DNA of 64,000 nt from Octopus sinensis (GCF_006345805.1 NC_042998.1:24428001-24492000); one strand, 5' to 3'. Shown: positions 24,454 to 37,694, numbered from the stretch's first letter. The notes: generated from the letters alone by a model not told the origin. Translations and numbers: made by a program.

Positions 24454-24986
24454 GTATCTATCTATTGAAAAATTATGAATCTTCAGAAAAGAGTATAAAT
24501 ATCTGCAATTGATTCCACCAATAGTCACGGCACATGGAGTGGAAAAGTATGGAATAACAGACAAATTACTTATATTTGAGAATGAACAAACTTTTAGTAT
24601 TTCATTCTATAATTTAGGCTGCAGTGCCTTTTACTTTGAGCAGGAAAAAAAAATTCACATTTATTTGTAAAATTGTAAAGATTCAGCAAAAAAAAAAAAT
24701 TGGAATATTGGCAAAAATTTCTGAAGAAGAAATAATTTTTTTCATGAAATATCTTGCATTTCTTCTGCGTCATCAAATCTATCATTATAGAGAAGCTATT
24801 CAACTGCAATTTTCTTCATTATCAGTTTGTATTATATGCGATCACGTAATAGGATCTCACAGTAGTAAGTTTTCCCTCTATTTATACCATCAGTGTTAAT
24901 TACTTGCCTTGGATTTCTACCAAAATATATACACAGGAATATTAAACAATATATACTAAAATATATATACTATTCAAAACAGTAGC

Positions 24987-24989
<3 letters not shown>

Positions 24990-25026
<37 letters not shown>

Positions 25027-25158
25027 ATGATATATATATGTACATATATATATATTTAAAATAGTTGGATATATATTTATGCATATATATACATATACAT
25101 ACATATGTATGTATATATATACATATACATATGTATATATTTATATTCATAAATAGAC

Positions 25159-25208
<50 letters not shown>

Positions 25209-25370
25209 TGTATATACATACATACATATGTATATATTTATATTCACATATAGACTATGCATAGGTATATATTTATATTTGTATATATATATATATACAC
25301 ACACGCACATATATATATGTATATATGTATACACACACATATGTGTATATATATGTGTGTGTGTGTGTGT
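24990..25370. repeat. (TA)n / (TATG)n low-complexity array
   Basis: Direct simple repeats. Confidence 0.95.
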
Positions 25371-25750
25371 TTGTAGTAGCAATGTTATTTATATTTTATA
25401 ATGCATTTTTCAAAGATAACATGTTGTATAACGTTTCTACTAGGCTAAAGGTAAACACGCATTGTTCATTTAAAGTCAATATGAATTGAAATAAAAGCCA
25501 AAAGAATTATAAATGATAGTAATAATTTAATTTGAGCAAACAAACAGAAAGCTCACAAGAGGGAATCAGAACGGTTAGAATATTTATTCTACAATTCCAG
25601 AATATTAAAAAATCTTTGCTGCCAGCACTTCAGATAATTATTAAAGTTTTCCCTTTTGTTCAGATATGCTGCTGTTAGAGAATTTTTAAGTAAATTTCTA
25701 TTTTCGTGATAATTAACAGGTTTGACTAATTAGTATTTTCTTTGGAGCAT

Positions 25751-26135
25751 ACTCTTTTACTCTTTTACTTGTTTCAGTCATTTGACTGTGGTCATGCTGG
25801 AGCACTGCCTTTAGTCGAGCAAATTGACCCTGGGGCTTATTCTTTGTAAGCCTAGTACTTATTCTATTGGTCTCTTTTGCCAAACTGCTAAGTTATGTAG
25901 ATGTAAACACACCAGCATCGGTTGTCAAGCGATATTGGGGGGGGGGGGGAGACAAACACAGACACACATATATACGACGGGGTTCTTTCAGTTTCCGTTT
26001 ACCAAATCCACTCACAAGGCTTTGGTTGGTCCGAGGCTATAGTAGAAGACACTTGCCCAAATTGCCACGTAGTGGGACTGAACCTGGAACCATGTGGTTG
26101 GTAAGCAAGCTACTTATCACCGAGCCACTCCTGCA
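25751..26135 (-). mobile_element. SINE family A
   Basis: It has a full head and tail. Confidence 0.92.
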
Positions 26136-26299
26136 TATGCATTTTTAAAAAACTAGCTTCATGATTTTAATTTAATACAAATGGAAAATATGATGTTGTG
26201 GTGTTCATGCCTTGACTGAATTAATGGAAGGGAAAGGATTCTAATGGGAATCAAACCTTTATTTCTTACTTTATGGTGCAAGACTTCTTTTGCAGGCAT

Positions 26300-26890
26300 C
26301 TTTTATCTTTTGCTTCTTTCGGTCATTAGACTGTGGCCATGCTGGGGCACCACCTTGAAGAATCTTTTTTTTTTTCTGAGTCGAATGAATTTTTTCTTTT
26401 CTTTTTTTTTTTTAAAGTCTGGTACTTATTTTATTGGTGTCTTTTTGCTGAACCATTAAGTTATAGGGACATAAACACACCAACACTGGTTGCCAAGCAG
26501 TAGTGAGGACAAACACAGACACAAAGATGCACACACACACACACACACACACACAACCTCCCACCCCACACACAACCTCCCCTGCCACACACATAAATAT
26601 GACAGGCTTCTTTTAGTTTCCATATACCAAATCCACTCAAGGCTTTGGTCAGCCCAAGGCTATAGAAGAAGGCACTTAACCAAGGTGTCACACAGTGGAA
26701 CTGAACCTGGTACCAAGTTGTAGAAAAGCATACTTCTTATTTCTTTATTGCCCACAAGGGGCTAAACATAGAGAGGACAAACAAAGGGATTAAGTCAATT
26801 ACATCGACCCCAGTGCATAACTTGTACTTTATTCATTGACCCCAAAAGGATGAAAGGCAAAGTCGACCTTGGCGGAATTTGAACTTAGAA
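26300..26890 (-). mobile_element. Older SINE A (26300-26720) followed by partial SINE B (26736-26890)
   Basis: Diagnostic boxes of both families are present. Confidence 0.82.
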
Positions 26891-26899
26891 TTTAAAAAA

Positions 26900-27598
26900 A
26901 AGGCAAGAATCAGCATCATGGAAAGGCATCTGGTGGATATCAGGTGTAGTATTGGTGAATTTCTGGAAGTATGAAGGTTTTAAATGATGCAATGTCTCAG
27001 CAGCTAACAATTGATGCAGGTAGTTTGTTCTATGCTTCAGCAACTCTGAGTTTGAAAAAAATGTTTCTGAAAGTCATGGGAGCTGTGCTGTTTTCTGACT
27101 TTGTAGGCATTCCCACATGTGTTAGACACACAGAGCTCAAAAAAGTGCTCAAGTTGGTTGTTGGTGCAATGGTTAATAATTTTGTGGGTGTTTACCAAGT
27201 CAGTTGCTCTGGAGAATTATCCTTATAGTCTGAGTCTGAAAAAAATGTTTCTGAAAGTCAAGGGAGCTGTGCTGTTTTCTGACTTTGTAGGCATGTCCAC
27301 ATGTGTTAGACACAAGGAGCTCAAAAAGTGCTCAAGGTGGTTGTTGGTGCAATGGTTAATAATTTTGTGAGTGTTTTTACCAAGTCAGTTGCCCTGGAGA
27401 ATTATCCTTATAGTCTGAGTCTGAAAAAAATGTTTCTGAAAGTCAAGGGAGCTATGCTGTTTTCTGACTTTGTAGGCATTCCCACATGTGTTAGACACAT
27501 AGAGCTAGAAAAAATTGCTCAAGGTGGTTGTTGGTGCAATGGTTAATAATTTTGTGGGTGTTTACCAAGTCAGTTGCCCTGGAGAATTATCCTTATAG
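26900..27598 (-). mobile_element. CR1-type LINE 3' end with a 185-bp segment in three tandem copies
   Basis: The minus strand reads DFQKHFFKLRVAEA*NKLPASIVSC*DIASFKTFILPEIHQYYT*. The units are 27046-27229, 27230-27414 and 27415-27598. Confidence 0.85.
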
Positions 27599-28444
27599 GG
27601 ATAAATTGTTTGTAATCTCTACATGCATTAATGGCCTTCATCGCTGTCTTTATTTACTGGACTGACCACTGCTTTCTGTTCCCATTTTTTTTACCTTTTT
27701 CAGGTGAGTCACTGTGTACCTGAGCACTGAATGCAATCAGCTCATTATTATATTATTATTGTCTTCAATAATTTCATTTGTTTTTATGGCTCATCAGAAC
27801 CTAGTCATGTAACGAAAAGTTTGGAAGGCGTTATATCTGATAGATTTCGCTAGTGTCATCTTAGCCATTCATTCATCGTCTTAGATCCCATAGACTCTGC
27901 TAATGTTGATTTAGCCATTCATCTTCCTGGATTTCATAGCACGAATAACACTTACGTTCTAGTATAAATAATGAAGCATTAAATCATATTCAGCAATGCT
28001 GATTTTATGAATTACTTTCTAAGAAATCAATAAATTGCCTTTTAGCTGATTGGGAACACTCAACATTAGTTTCAGCACAGAATTGCTTTCAACATTTTGG
28101 ATACGCATTTAAGGCCAACACTAAACATAGCTCATTAAATTGCTTGCTTTATTAGACAGAGTAAAGTAAACTCAATGATCGACTTTATTTAAGAACTTAT
28201 TTCAGTGCCTGAGACAGAAGTTGAATCTATAACAACAAACACGTTATTGTATTGTATGGTATTGTATTGTATCCATGTGTTAAGTAAAATAGAATGCTTA
28301 ATGCTAAGTGTACAGAAGGTAGCCATTAACAGTTATATATAGTTCAGCCATGAAGATGTTCTGGCTAGCTGAACAGAATAGCATCAGGCCCGAATATTTT
28401 CGTAAATACGGACCTAGTTGCTTGTGAATAGCAATCGATGAATA

Positions 28445-28990
28445 AATTTCATTATCATTATCGTCGTCATCATCATCATCATTGTAACCATTGCCATCAT
28501 CATCATCATTATTGTCCCCATTGCCATCATCATCATCATCATCATCGTTGTCGTCGTTGTCATCATTGTCATCATTGTCATAATCGTCATTATCATCCTC
28601 ATCATCGGTGCCATCGTCATCATCATCATCATCATCATTGTCACCATTGCCATCATCTTCATCATCATCGTTGTTGTCGTCGTTGTCGTCATCATTGTCA
28701 CCATCATCACATCATCGTCATTATCATCATCATCATCGGTGCCATCGTCGTCATCACCATCCTCATTGTCATCATCATCATCATCAGCATCATCTTCATC
28801 TTCAACATTGTTTTAACATCCACTTTTCCATGCTTGCATGGGTTGGACAGCATTTGTTGAGGCTGATTTTCTACTGCTGGATGCCCTTTCTGTCACCAAC
28901 CTTCATCCCATGTTTCCGCAGAAGGCTGGGAATGAAGTATACTACTTCAATGAGAATGACTTTCATTTACAACAATCACATAATGTCATG
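28445..28990 (-). repeat. (CAT)n array (28445-28805) continuous with SINE D tail (28800-28990)
   Basis: A CAT/CGT run is followed by TTTAACATCCACTTTTCCATGCTTGCATGGGTTGGAC. Confidence 0.9.
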
Positions 28991-29049
28991 ATAAAGAGAG
29001 AGAAAGAATAACATACACACTCACACAAGCATAAATAGATATATATTTA

Positions 29050-29430
29050 TCGTGGCACTCCATTGGTTACAAGAAAGGTTCCAGTTGATCCAATCTATAG
29101 AACAGCCTGCTCAGGAAATTAACGTGCAAGTGGCTGAGCAATCCACAGACATGTGTACCCTTAATGTAGTTTTGGGTGGGAGGAGATTCAGCATGACACA
29201 GAGTGTGACAAGCCTGGCCCTTTGAAATACAAGTACAACAGAAACAGGAAGACAGAGTGAGAAAAAGTTGTGGTGAAAGAGTACAGCGGGGTTTGCCACC
29301 AGCCCCTGCTGGAGCCTCATGGAGCTTTAGGTGTTTTCACTCAATAAACACTCACAACGCCCAGTCTGAGAATAGAAACCATGATCCTATCACCACGAGT
29401 CCGCTGCCCTAACCACTAGGCCATTGTGCC
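29050..29430 (-). mobile_element. SINE family C, full length
   Basis: The head is GGCACAATGGCCTAGTGGTTAGGGCAGCGGACTCG on the minus strand, with the shared body. Confidence 0.88.
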
Positions 29431-29922
29431 ACACACACATATAAGTGTAACATATACAATAGAAAAAGTTCAAATCATTATATTTTCCTCTACCATGTTA
29501 CCGAAAACTCTTTAATGCCTATTATTTTCTCTATATAATATTTTGAATTTTTAAAAAACGTCTTTTTCCTATATTCCATTATTATTTTGATCTATATTCT
29601 GTTATCATTATGTTGACATATCTATACATATCTATGTCCATATATACTATTAGTATTCATATATCTTTTATATTTCTATATTTTAATATTTCTATTTTTT
29701 TAAATATTTCTATATTTTTATATTTCTAAAATATCAATATCTGTTTCGGATTGGACAATTCTTATTTTATCCTAATTAAACCTGTATATTTATGTGTTAA
29801 TCATAGTCTGCCTGATTTGAACATTTTCTATTGTATCTGTTATACTTGTCTAGGGCCTTGGGTTCGACTTCAGCACTTGTATGCTGTCTATATTTTTTGA
29901 AAGAAAAACATAATTATAATTA

Positions 29923-30090
29923 AGGCATAGGAGTGGCTGTGTGATAAGTAGCTTGCTTACCAGCAATATGGTTCTGAGTTCAGTCTCACTGTGTGGTACC
30001 TTGGGCAAGTGTCTTCTACTATGGTCTTGGGCCGACAAAAGCCTTGTGAGTGGATTTGGTAGACGGAAACTGAAAGAAGCCCATCGTATA
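29923..30090 (+). mobile_element. SINE family A 5' half
   Basis: It runs from the head through GAAACTGAAAGAAGCCC. Confidence 0.85.
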
Positions 30091-30496
30091 TGTGTGTGTA
30101 TATATATATTCAATATATAAAAGGAATACATATATAAACACTGAAGGTAAAAAATATATATGTGCATAAAAATACAAAATATATAGAAGGTCCTGTCAAG
30201 AAAATGTATACAAATGTATACATATACATATATATATTTCTTAAATTTTTATAGGATAGGAAAAAATTATAGACATTTTTTCTACCAGTGGCTTAGTATG
30301 TATACAAAGTCAATAGACATATTTTTCATATAAAACTTAGTGTACATTTAAACACAAAAGAGGTGAGCCTTAACAGGTCGCCTTACATACTGGAACAAAT
30401 AGTCAGAAAGTCCAAATTTAACTGTGGTTTGGACATTTTGACTGTTCATTCTAGTATGTCAGGCAACTTGTTAATGGCTTGCCTCTCTGTGTATAA

Positions 30497-30541
<45 letters not shown>

Positions 30542-30566
30542 GCATCTATATCTATCTATATTTACA

Positions 30567-30599
<33 letters not shown>

Positions 30600-30721
30600 C
30601 ATCATCATCATCGTTTAGCGTTCAACCAAAGATTGGTCCAGGCCATGTCTAATTTAATAGCACCACCTGATAGGATTATTCGAATATCTCTATAAATCTA
30701 CACACACATATGTACATACAT

Positions 30722-30828
30722 ACATCATTATCATCGTTTAATGTCTGCTTTCCATGCTAGCATGGGATGGATGATTTGACTGAGGGCTGGCGAACCAGAT
30801 GGCTGCACCAGGCTTCAATCTTGATCTG
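30722..30828 (-). mobile_element. SINE family D 3' part
   Basis: CATCGTTTAATGTCTGCTTTCCATGCTAGCATGG. Confidence 0.8.
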
Positions 30829-32899
30829 TTCATGCATATATATATATGAATCTATATATCTGTATCTATACCTATATGTATATATATAAACAAACACACA
30901 CATGCACACACAAATATGAAGTTAAATGTATTTTTAATTGGTGAGAACAGGTTGATATGTCAGGGCACTCTCAAAGAATGCACATACATTAAAATTCCAG
31001 CAAATCGTTCTACCCCTTTTGAATAAAGCCTTGTATTGAAACACAATGTCGACAGTTATTCTGGTCTTCTTGTTTCTCTTTTGCTTCAAATTGAGTGAAT
31101 GCCCTTCAGTAATTTATTGTTCCGAAGTACATTTTCCACCATATAAACTCCTAATGATAGGAACGCATGCATCACAAGATACAAGTATGTGAAGCAAGAG
31201 AGGAAGAAAGAGAGAGAGTAGAAGAGAGAGAGGGGTGAAGAGAAAGAGTAAAAGAGAAAGAGAGAAATATACAGAAAGAAATGCGGAAGGAGAAAGGGAG
31301 ACAGTGTCAAAAAATTTCAACAGGAAGAACCTGATGAAGATTAAAGAAGATATTTATTGAAATTTCTAAGATACAAACACAGATTGTTGATGTTATAAGA
31401 AGAATAATGTAAATCATGTAAACAGATCGCTCTCTAAAATTTATATACGTTATAAAAAGGACAGCCTTTTTGTTGTAATAAAAATTGAAATGATAAAATA
31501 AATAAATCAACAATGGGAAATGCTTTCCCGAGTAATAGATTTATTTGCTTGTAGCAAATATAAAAAAAAAAAAAAATTGATACAAAATATTTTTAGAAAT
31601 TGCTGTTTTGTTTGATCAGTTGATAAATAAATTTCAAACTTAGAGATTCTTCTTTGTATAATATTATTATAACTCAAGTATAGCTTTTGTCAATAGTGTG
31701 TCATATATTCTATGAACATTTAGTTGCAGAATGTTTATTATAGAGAGGTTTCAGAATAGTAACAGTATCTTGGTATTTATTCTCTATGTTGATGTGTTGT
31801 TACAAGGAATAAAAACAGAACGCATAAGAAAATGAAACAGCAAAAAGAATTTAATGAAAAAAAAACAAACAACACCTAAAAAAGACAGCAAAAAATGCAG
31901 AAAACAACCAAGAGTGAATTGAAGTTTATATGCAAAAGGATATTGAATATGATAGATTTTGAGTTTTTGTGTAAATTATGTTAGTGTTCTTGCAAAATAA
32001 TAGAACACAATAAAATAATAAACACAGTGGTATTATAAAATATTTCCCTCAGGATTCAATTTATGTTTGGAATGAAACAAAATGGAAGATAGAATAATGT
32101 TTAGTAGATTTAGAATCTTTTTGATTTATCTGTCCTTTTCAGTTTTTTTGATATTTTTGGTATTTTAAACAAAATGGCATAATTGAGAAAATGTGGTGCT
32201 TTGATGTAAAGCAGTATATTTTTATTGTGCTGGAATGACATGGGAAAATTTCTATGGCCCTCCATACCATAGAAACTGATTTGATTATTAAAGCAATGAC
32301 ATTTTCCTCACATCTGCTGAATGGAAAGGGGTTATTGCATTGATGTTCGAAGATGCTGCTGGCGGAAGAAGTCCAAGGTTCTGGAGAGGCCAGATTTGGG
32401 ACTAAATTATGCAACGCAGCACAGAACTTATATATTAATTAATCTCATACGAGAATACATAGGTATATTTAGTCTTACTTGCAAATAATTTGAAGACAAT
32501 AAGCCTTAGAGAGAATAGACAGTTCTGATATTTAGATAATTTTACTTTAATTGCCAAACTCACATTCTGGGGATTATATCTCCCAGAATAATTTAGTTCT
32601 AGGCTAAATATATATTCACATACATAATTAAATTTCTGATTAATTAATTCTCTATTATGTAGTCAATAATTTTTCTCTTACACTTATTTCCAAGTGTATA
32701 TTGTCAGTTAATTTATTCTGAAACTGAAGGCAACACGTTGCTGATGAGATCCTAATAAGCTGAAATAGATCAAATGTCATCTGTATTTGACAGAGAAACG
32801 AAAATAACATTAAACATTGTCAAATATTTCTTTTTAACTCATTAAGTATAATTATTTGTAGTTATCAGTTTAATTCTCACCACATTAAAATATATTGAT

Positions 32900-33105
32900 T
32901 TCAATTTTTGGCACAAGGCCAGCAATTTCAGTGGAGTGGGTAAGTCAATTACATCAACCCCAGTACACAACTGGTACATATTTTATCGATCTCAAAAGGA
33001 TGAATGGTAAATTCAATCTCGGCAGAATTTGAACTCAAAATATAAAGATAGATGAAAATGCCTGACATGTTGGCCTGACATACTAACAATTTTGCCAGCT
33101 CACTG
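32900..33105 (-). mobile_element. SINE family B, old
   Basis: GCACAAGGCCAGCAATTTC...GAATTTGAACTC. Confidence 0.75.
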
Positions 33106-33204
33106 CCCTAGTCACATTAAATACATGAGCAATAACTTTGTGCCACATGTTTTTGAGCACTGATTAATTAAACAACAATAAGAATGGCCACCACAACAAA
33201 AGTG

Positions 33205-33612
33205 ATGAAGGTTGGTATTGGTTGTAGCAGCAGCAATGCTGGTAATGAAGATGATGATGAGGAGGAGGATAATGTTAAAGATGATGATGATAAAGAGTGG
33301 TGGTGGTGGTGACGGTGATGATGATAGTGGTGGCGGTGGCGGTGATGATGGTGGTGATGATGGGGGGGTGACAATGATGAGGATGGTGGTGGTGGTGACG
33401 GTGATGGTGATGGTGGTGGTTGTGGTGGTGGTGACATTGATGATGATGAAAATGGTGGTGGTGGTGGTGATGGTGGTGGTGGTGACGGTGATGATGAAGA
33501 TGGCAGTGGTAGTGGTGGTGATGGTGGTGGTGGTAGTTGCAGTGGTGGCGGTGATGATGATGATGGTGATGGTGACGGTGATGATGATGATGATGGTGGT
33601 GGTGATGATGAG
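33205..33612. repeat. (GGT/GAT)n array
   Basis: Direct trinucleotide run. Confidence 0.95.
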
Positions 33613-33856
33613 CTGACATTTTTGTCATTAATAGTCGCTGTTTCAGTGTTTCTCTCTCTGAATGTCATCACTGATAATGACAGATTATTTTTTTTTTTTC
33701 TGAATGCTGAAAAACAGAAAGGTCAGACATAGAGAAGCTTTCAAGATGTGTGAATTAGAATGAGACAGTCATTATTGCTTAGCTTCAGGTCATCCTCAAT
33801 CGATCACACCAACGAATGACCAATGCCATTGCATTTGGGATCATCTAAACCATTTT

Positions 33857-34390
33857 CATCATCATCATCATCATCATCGTTTAACGTCTGCCTTCCATGG
33901 GTCGGACGATTTTGACCGGGCTGGTGAACCAGACGGCCGCACCAGGCTCCAATCTTCATCTGGCAGAGTTTCTACAGCTGGATGCCGTTCCTATCACCAA
34001 CCACTCCGAGAGTGTAGTGGGTGCTTTTTACGTGCCACTGGCACGAGGGTCAGTCAGGCGGTACTGGCAATGACCTCGCTCGAATCTTTTTACACATGCC
34101 ACCAGCACAGGTGCCAGTAAGGCGATGTTGGTAACGATTACTCTCAAATGGTGCCTTTTTACGTGCCACTGGCATGGAGCCAGTTAGCCGCTCTGGCAAC
34201 GATCACTCTCGGATGGTGCTCTTGGCACCCTACTAGGATGGGCACAAGTGCTAGTAAGGTGACGCTGGTAACGATCACACTCGAATAGTGCCCTTTTATG
34301 TGCCACTGGCACGGAAGCTGGTTAGCCGCTCTGTCAACGATCACCTTCGTATGGTGCTCTTTGTACCCCGCTAGCATGGATGCCAGTTGT
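33857..34390 (-). mobile_element. SINE family D, long copy with ~65-bp internal tandem units
   Basis: It has a (CAT)n tail, GGATGCC.TTCCTA...CAACCACTCC, and repeated TTTTA(C/T)GTGCCACTGGCA...AACGATCAC units. Confidence 0.85.
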
Positions 34391-34757
34391 CGAGACTACA
34401 TTTAGGACCATATTATCTAATGTATTCTTCCTTTTTATATGATTTAATCAGAGAAGGAAGGGCAATAAGTAAGATCTTTCAGGGGTTTCATGAAGTGGGA
34501 AAAGGAGAGAGGGATATCGAGTCACCCACAGAGGGAGATATTTATTTTCTGGATCTTGTAACAGTGAACTCCACTCAAAACATTCTGAGACTCAAGCCTG
34601 GATTAAGTTCCATAAAGGCCCTAGGCACTTAAAAGATTTTGGTACCCCAATATATATGTAATTTGAAATATAAACAATAATAAAATAAATTTTTACTTTT
34701 CAAAAATGAAACAAAAGTAACAATAAGATGGAAAACAAAATTTATTTTTGTGTATAC

Positions 34758-35195
34758 TTATTTCTTTATTACCCACAGGGGGCTAAACATAGAGGGGACA
34801 AACAAGAACAGACAAAGGTATTAAGTCGATTACATCGACCCCAGTGCATAACTGGTACTTAATTTATCAACCCTGAAAGGATGAAAGGCAAAGTCGACCT
34901 TGGTGGAATTTGAACTCAGAACATAAAGACAGATGAAATATGGCTAAGCATTTCACCTAGCACGCTAATGTTTCTTATTTCTTTATTGCCCACAAGGGGC
35001 TGAACATAAAGGGGACAAACAAGGACAGACAAAGGTATCAAGTCGATTACATCGACTCCAGTGCATAACTGGTACTTAATTTATCGACCTCGAAAGGACG
35101 AAAGATAAAGTCAACCTCAGCGGAATTTGAACTCAGAACTTAAAGACAGACAAAATACCGTCAAGCATTTCTCCCAGCATGCTAATGTTTCTGCT
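34758..35195 (-). mobile_element. Two abutting SINE B copies
   Basis: TTATTTCTTTATT(A/G)CCCACA.GGGG occurs at ~34758 and ~34975. Confidence 0.9.
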
Positions 35196-35705
35196 ACCGT
35201 GCTGCCTTCTATTTTGTTTAATGGTTAACCCAACACTGGTGCTGGGATCTTTATTGAAGTTTACTGGTGTTAAACTAGACAACACATTTCCAGCATGCCA
35301 AACAGTTTCACAGAAACTCCTTTATTGGCTTGGTTATAATGAAATAATCAGAAGAAGGTTGATGAAACAAATACAACAGCACATGAAAGTTTAAAGTATA
35401 GCACTACAACAGGTTTTTGTAACAACAGGAAAAGAAACAGCAAAAAAAAAAAAAAAAAAGGACAGAGGTTATTGCTAAAGGTTAAATAATAAACTTTCTC
35501 AGTAAAACTGTACCAGATTAAATTTTCTTGATCACTGAATCTGTTTTACAGTAAATTACATCCCCAAAATAAAAATAAAAATATCTTTCTTTAATTGTTT
35601 TGAATTTTCAGCCTTATTAAGTCATTAAAATTCTTCTATTAATTTCAGAATCTTTCAACCTAAATTTCCTCCAATCTATTTTTACTCTGAATTGAAATAT
35701 TTCTA

Positions 35706-35950
35706 TTATTTACATTCAATGGATATTTTTTTGTCCTCATCTTGTTTGTTGTTAACACAACGTTTCAGCTGATATACCCTCCAGCCTTCTTCAGGTGTCT
35801 TGGGGAAATTTCGAACCTGGGTTCTCATTCCTAAGGTATTTTTTTCAATGTTATTATTATTATCATTGTTCAGGTCACTGCTTGGAATCGAACTCGAAAT
35901 CTTGCAGTTAGAAGCCCGCGCTCTTAACCACTACACCATATGCCTGTGGT
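35706..35950 (-). mobile_element. HHR-bearing element family F with tRNA-like head
   Basis: The minus strand reads GGCATATGGTGTAGTGGTTAAGAGCGCGGGC...GAGTTCGATTCC...(AAT)n...HHR...GAGGACAA. Confidence 0.88.
35754..35799 (-). ncRNA. Minimal type I hammerhead, family F, core intact
   Basis: GACAC-CTGAAGA-A-GGCTG-gagggtatat-CAGCT-GAAA-C-GT-T/GTGTT. Confidence 0.78.
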
Positions 35951-35951
35951 A

Positions 35952-36175
35952 GGAAACAACAGTAGTCACCACAGAAATCCCATTTGTGAAAAAATACATT
36001 TGATGAACATTCCAGCTTAACTTTGAATGAGTATTCTGTTGTGTCTGGGGAGAGTCATTTTCTTTTTGTGCCTTATAATTTAACACACTCAACAGTAAAA
36101 TTTCCACTTACTTTTTATTTTTATTTTCCTAAAAGTTTTGTTGCATCTTGGCAACCTTTTCAATAGTCTTGAATC
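35952..36175 (-). mobile_element. HHR-bearing element family G (degenerate HHR at 36129-36166)
   Basis: It is an inverted homologue of 39085-39428. The HHR reads CTA-TTGAAAA-G-GTTGC-caagat-GCAAC-AAAA-C-TT-T/TAG (G12A, helix III broken). Confidence 0.8.
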
Positions 36176-36204
36176 TTCTGAGCCTTTACCTTTTGACATC
36201 CGTT

Positions 36205-36874
36205 CTGCTTTCTTGCTATCATCCTCCCCATCATATTTACCATCAACCACTCCTATCCTTGTTCACTATTTAACTGTACCCACTGCTTGACAAACTCCAT
36301 CCCTATTTCAATCCACCACTCCCACCATCCTATCACTCACTTTTGAAACGGTTACCCATTCTGACTGACCATTCTCTTTCCACATTCTCCTCTATTTACC
36401 TTCTTGGATATAGTACCTATTTCTTTACTACCCACAAGGGGCTAAACCCAGAAGGGACAAACAAGGACAGACAAATGGATTAAGTCGATTATATTGACCC
36501 AAGTGCGTAACTGGTAGTTATTTAATCGACCCCGAAAGGATGAAAGGAAAAGTCGACCTCGGTGGAATTTGAACTGAGAACGTAGCGGCAGACGAAATAC
36601 CGCTAAGCATTTCACCCGGCGTGTTAACGATTCTGCCAGCTCGCCGCCCTACTGCTTTCTTGCCATCATCCTCCCCCTCATATTTACCATCAACCACCCC
36701 TCTCCTTGTTCACTATTCACTGCACCCACTGCTTCTCAATCTCTGACGACCTCCATCCCTATTTCAATCCACCACTCCCACCACCCTATCACTCACTTTT
36801 GCAACAGTTACCCATTCTGACTGACCTTTCTCTCTCCACATTCTCCTCTATTTACCTTCTTGGATATGGTACCT
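36205..36874. repeat. ~215-bp direct duplication (36205-36418, 36652-36874) flanking a SINE B (36419-36648, minus)
   Basis: CTGCTTTCTTGC.ATCATCC...TTCTTGGATAT.GTACCT lies on both sides of the SINE. There is no short TSD. Confidence 0.92.
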
Positions 36875-37174
36875 TGAGGATATGCTCTGGCATCTTGTCA
36901 CCACTATTTTTATCACTTTTTTCTGGCACCACTCCATCCATGCCACTCACCTATATATATAATGCAGGGTAGCATTGAATCTTTTCCACAGAAATAAAGC
37001 TATTCTTTTTACTCCCCCACATATACCTTTCAACACTTTACATAAATCTATCTCCTCTTTTCTGTTCTGCCTCTCAGTCAAGAGGGATCTTGATGACTCC
37101 CGTGACTTTCAAGGTGACCTCAACTGAGATGGTGCCAACAGATAAGTAAATGAATAAATAAATAAATGAATAAA

Positions 37175-37659
37175 TAAATAAAGCACTCTGTAAAGTGGTT
37201 GGCATTAGGAGGAGTAACCTGCTGCAGAAGCCATGTGAAAGCTGAGAGATTTCATCAAGATGTGACCCTCCAGCTTGTTAGATTCAGTCAGTCAAGCAAT
37301 TCAGCCCACACAAGCATGGAAAGCAGACATAAAACGACAATGATGATAATGGTGATGATGATGACGATGACGATGATGATGGTGATGGTGATTATGGTGG
37401 TGATGATGATGATGGTGGTGATGATGGTGATGATGATGGTGGTGGGGGGTGATGATGATGGTGGTGATGATGATGATGGTGGTGATGATGATGGTGATGG
37501 TGATGATGGTGGTGGTGATGATGGTGGTGATGATGATGATAATGGTGATGATGGTGATGGTGATGATGATGGTGACGACGACGATGATGATGGTGGTGAT
37601 GATGATGGTGGTGATGATGATGGTGATGATGATGATGGTGGTGATGGTGATGGTGGTGG

Positions 37660-37694
<35 letters not shown>

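Noticed and set aside
32738-32775. CTGATGA...GAAATAGATC hammerhead-like motif
   Set aside because: Helices I and II do not pair convincingly.
34020-34375. Repeat-spacer look of TTTTA(C/T)GTGCCACTGGCA units (CRISPR-like)
   Set aside because: The 'spacers' are homologous to each other, the array is internal to SINE D (also at 47.8 and 55.0 kb), there are no cas genes, and the context is eukaryotic.
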